Positions 64,000 through 64,000 of a stretch of 64,000 nt of DNA are shown here, piece after piece. This stretch comes from Dictyostelium discoideum (lineage: Eukaryota): contig CM000151.3 of NCBI GenBank assembly GCA_000004695.1, positions 6,624,001 to 6,688,000 on the forward strand. Reading direction: 5' to 3'. Position 1 is the first letter of the stretch, and each line of letters starts with the position of its first letter. Below the pieces are notes generated by a model. It did not search any database. It saw only the letters and a list, made by a program, of their open reading frames with translations, and was not told the origin of the DNA. The position numbers and the translations under genes were made by a program.

Positions 64000-64000
64000 T

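Overview
The window reads as nuclear DNA from Dictyostelium discoideum or a very close relative. It is about 22% GC, with long homopolymer A/T tracts, (AAT)n and (AAAT)n microsatellites and poly-N/poly-Q coding tracts. Introns are short and AT-rich, and I inferred several GTAAGT/GTAAAT/GTATGT...AG splice sites by eye.

Coding content in order along the window:
- two tandem secreted Cys-rich paralogs;
- a histone H2B-fold protein with a long low-complexity tail;
- a 4-exon, roughly 1004-aa low-complexity/helical protein;
- a B-box + Sel1-repeat protein and a small Pro/Met-rich protein;
- a 990-aa conventional kinesin (4 exons), followed by a 1.3-kb poly-N/poly-Q coiled-coil protein, an 808-aa hypothetical on the minus strand, and a 3-exon AMP-dependent acyl-CoA synthetase;
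- propionyl-CoA carboxylase beta;
- an EGF/IPT secreted gene with a degenerated paralogous pseudogene array;
- a divergent G-alpha subunit (2 exons);
- a P4-type phospholipid flippase with a previously unjoined 5' exon;
- APC2, reconstructed from three separate ORFs;
- NAA20 (NatB catalytic subunit, 3 exons);
- the C-terminal 2153 codons of cytoplasmic dynein heavy chain, running off the window edge.

The most structured non-genic feature is a tRNA-gene cluster at 16.4-23.2 kb. Two identical tRNA-Arg(UCU) genes lie in inverted orientation and a tRNA-Leu(UAA) sits between them; each has an external B box about 32 bp downstream. A complete roughly 5.35-kb tRNA-targeted non-LTR retrotransposon (TRE3-like placement) is inserted immediately after the external B box of tRNA-Arg copy 1. 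It is bounded by an 11-bp target-site duplication (ATATGAAGATA), carries an in-frame TGA in the ORF2 endonuclease region and an internal tandem duplication of its 3' terminus plus poly(A), and is followed by a diverged remnant of an older related insertion.

Also present:
- an intron-bearing remnant of a Tc1/mariner-like DDE transposase next to a roughly 240-bp minisatellite;
- an intron-containing tRNA at 56.5 kb;
- an unusual G-rich / CA-GT-rich inverted-repeat island at 44.5-45.0 kb.
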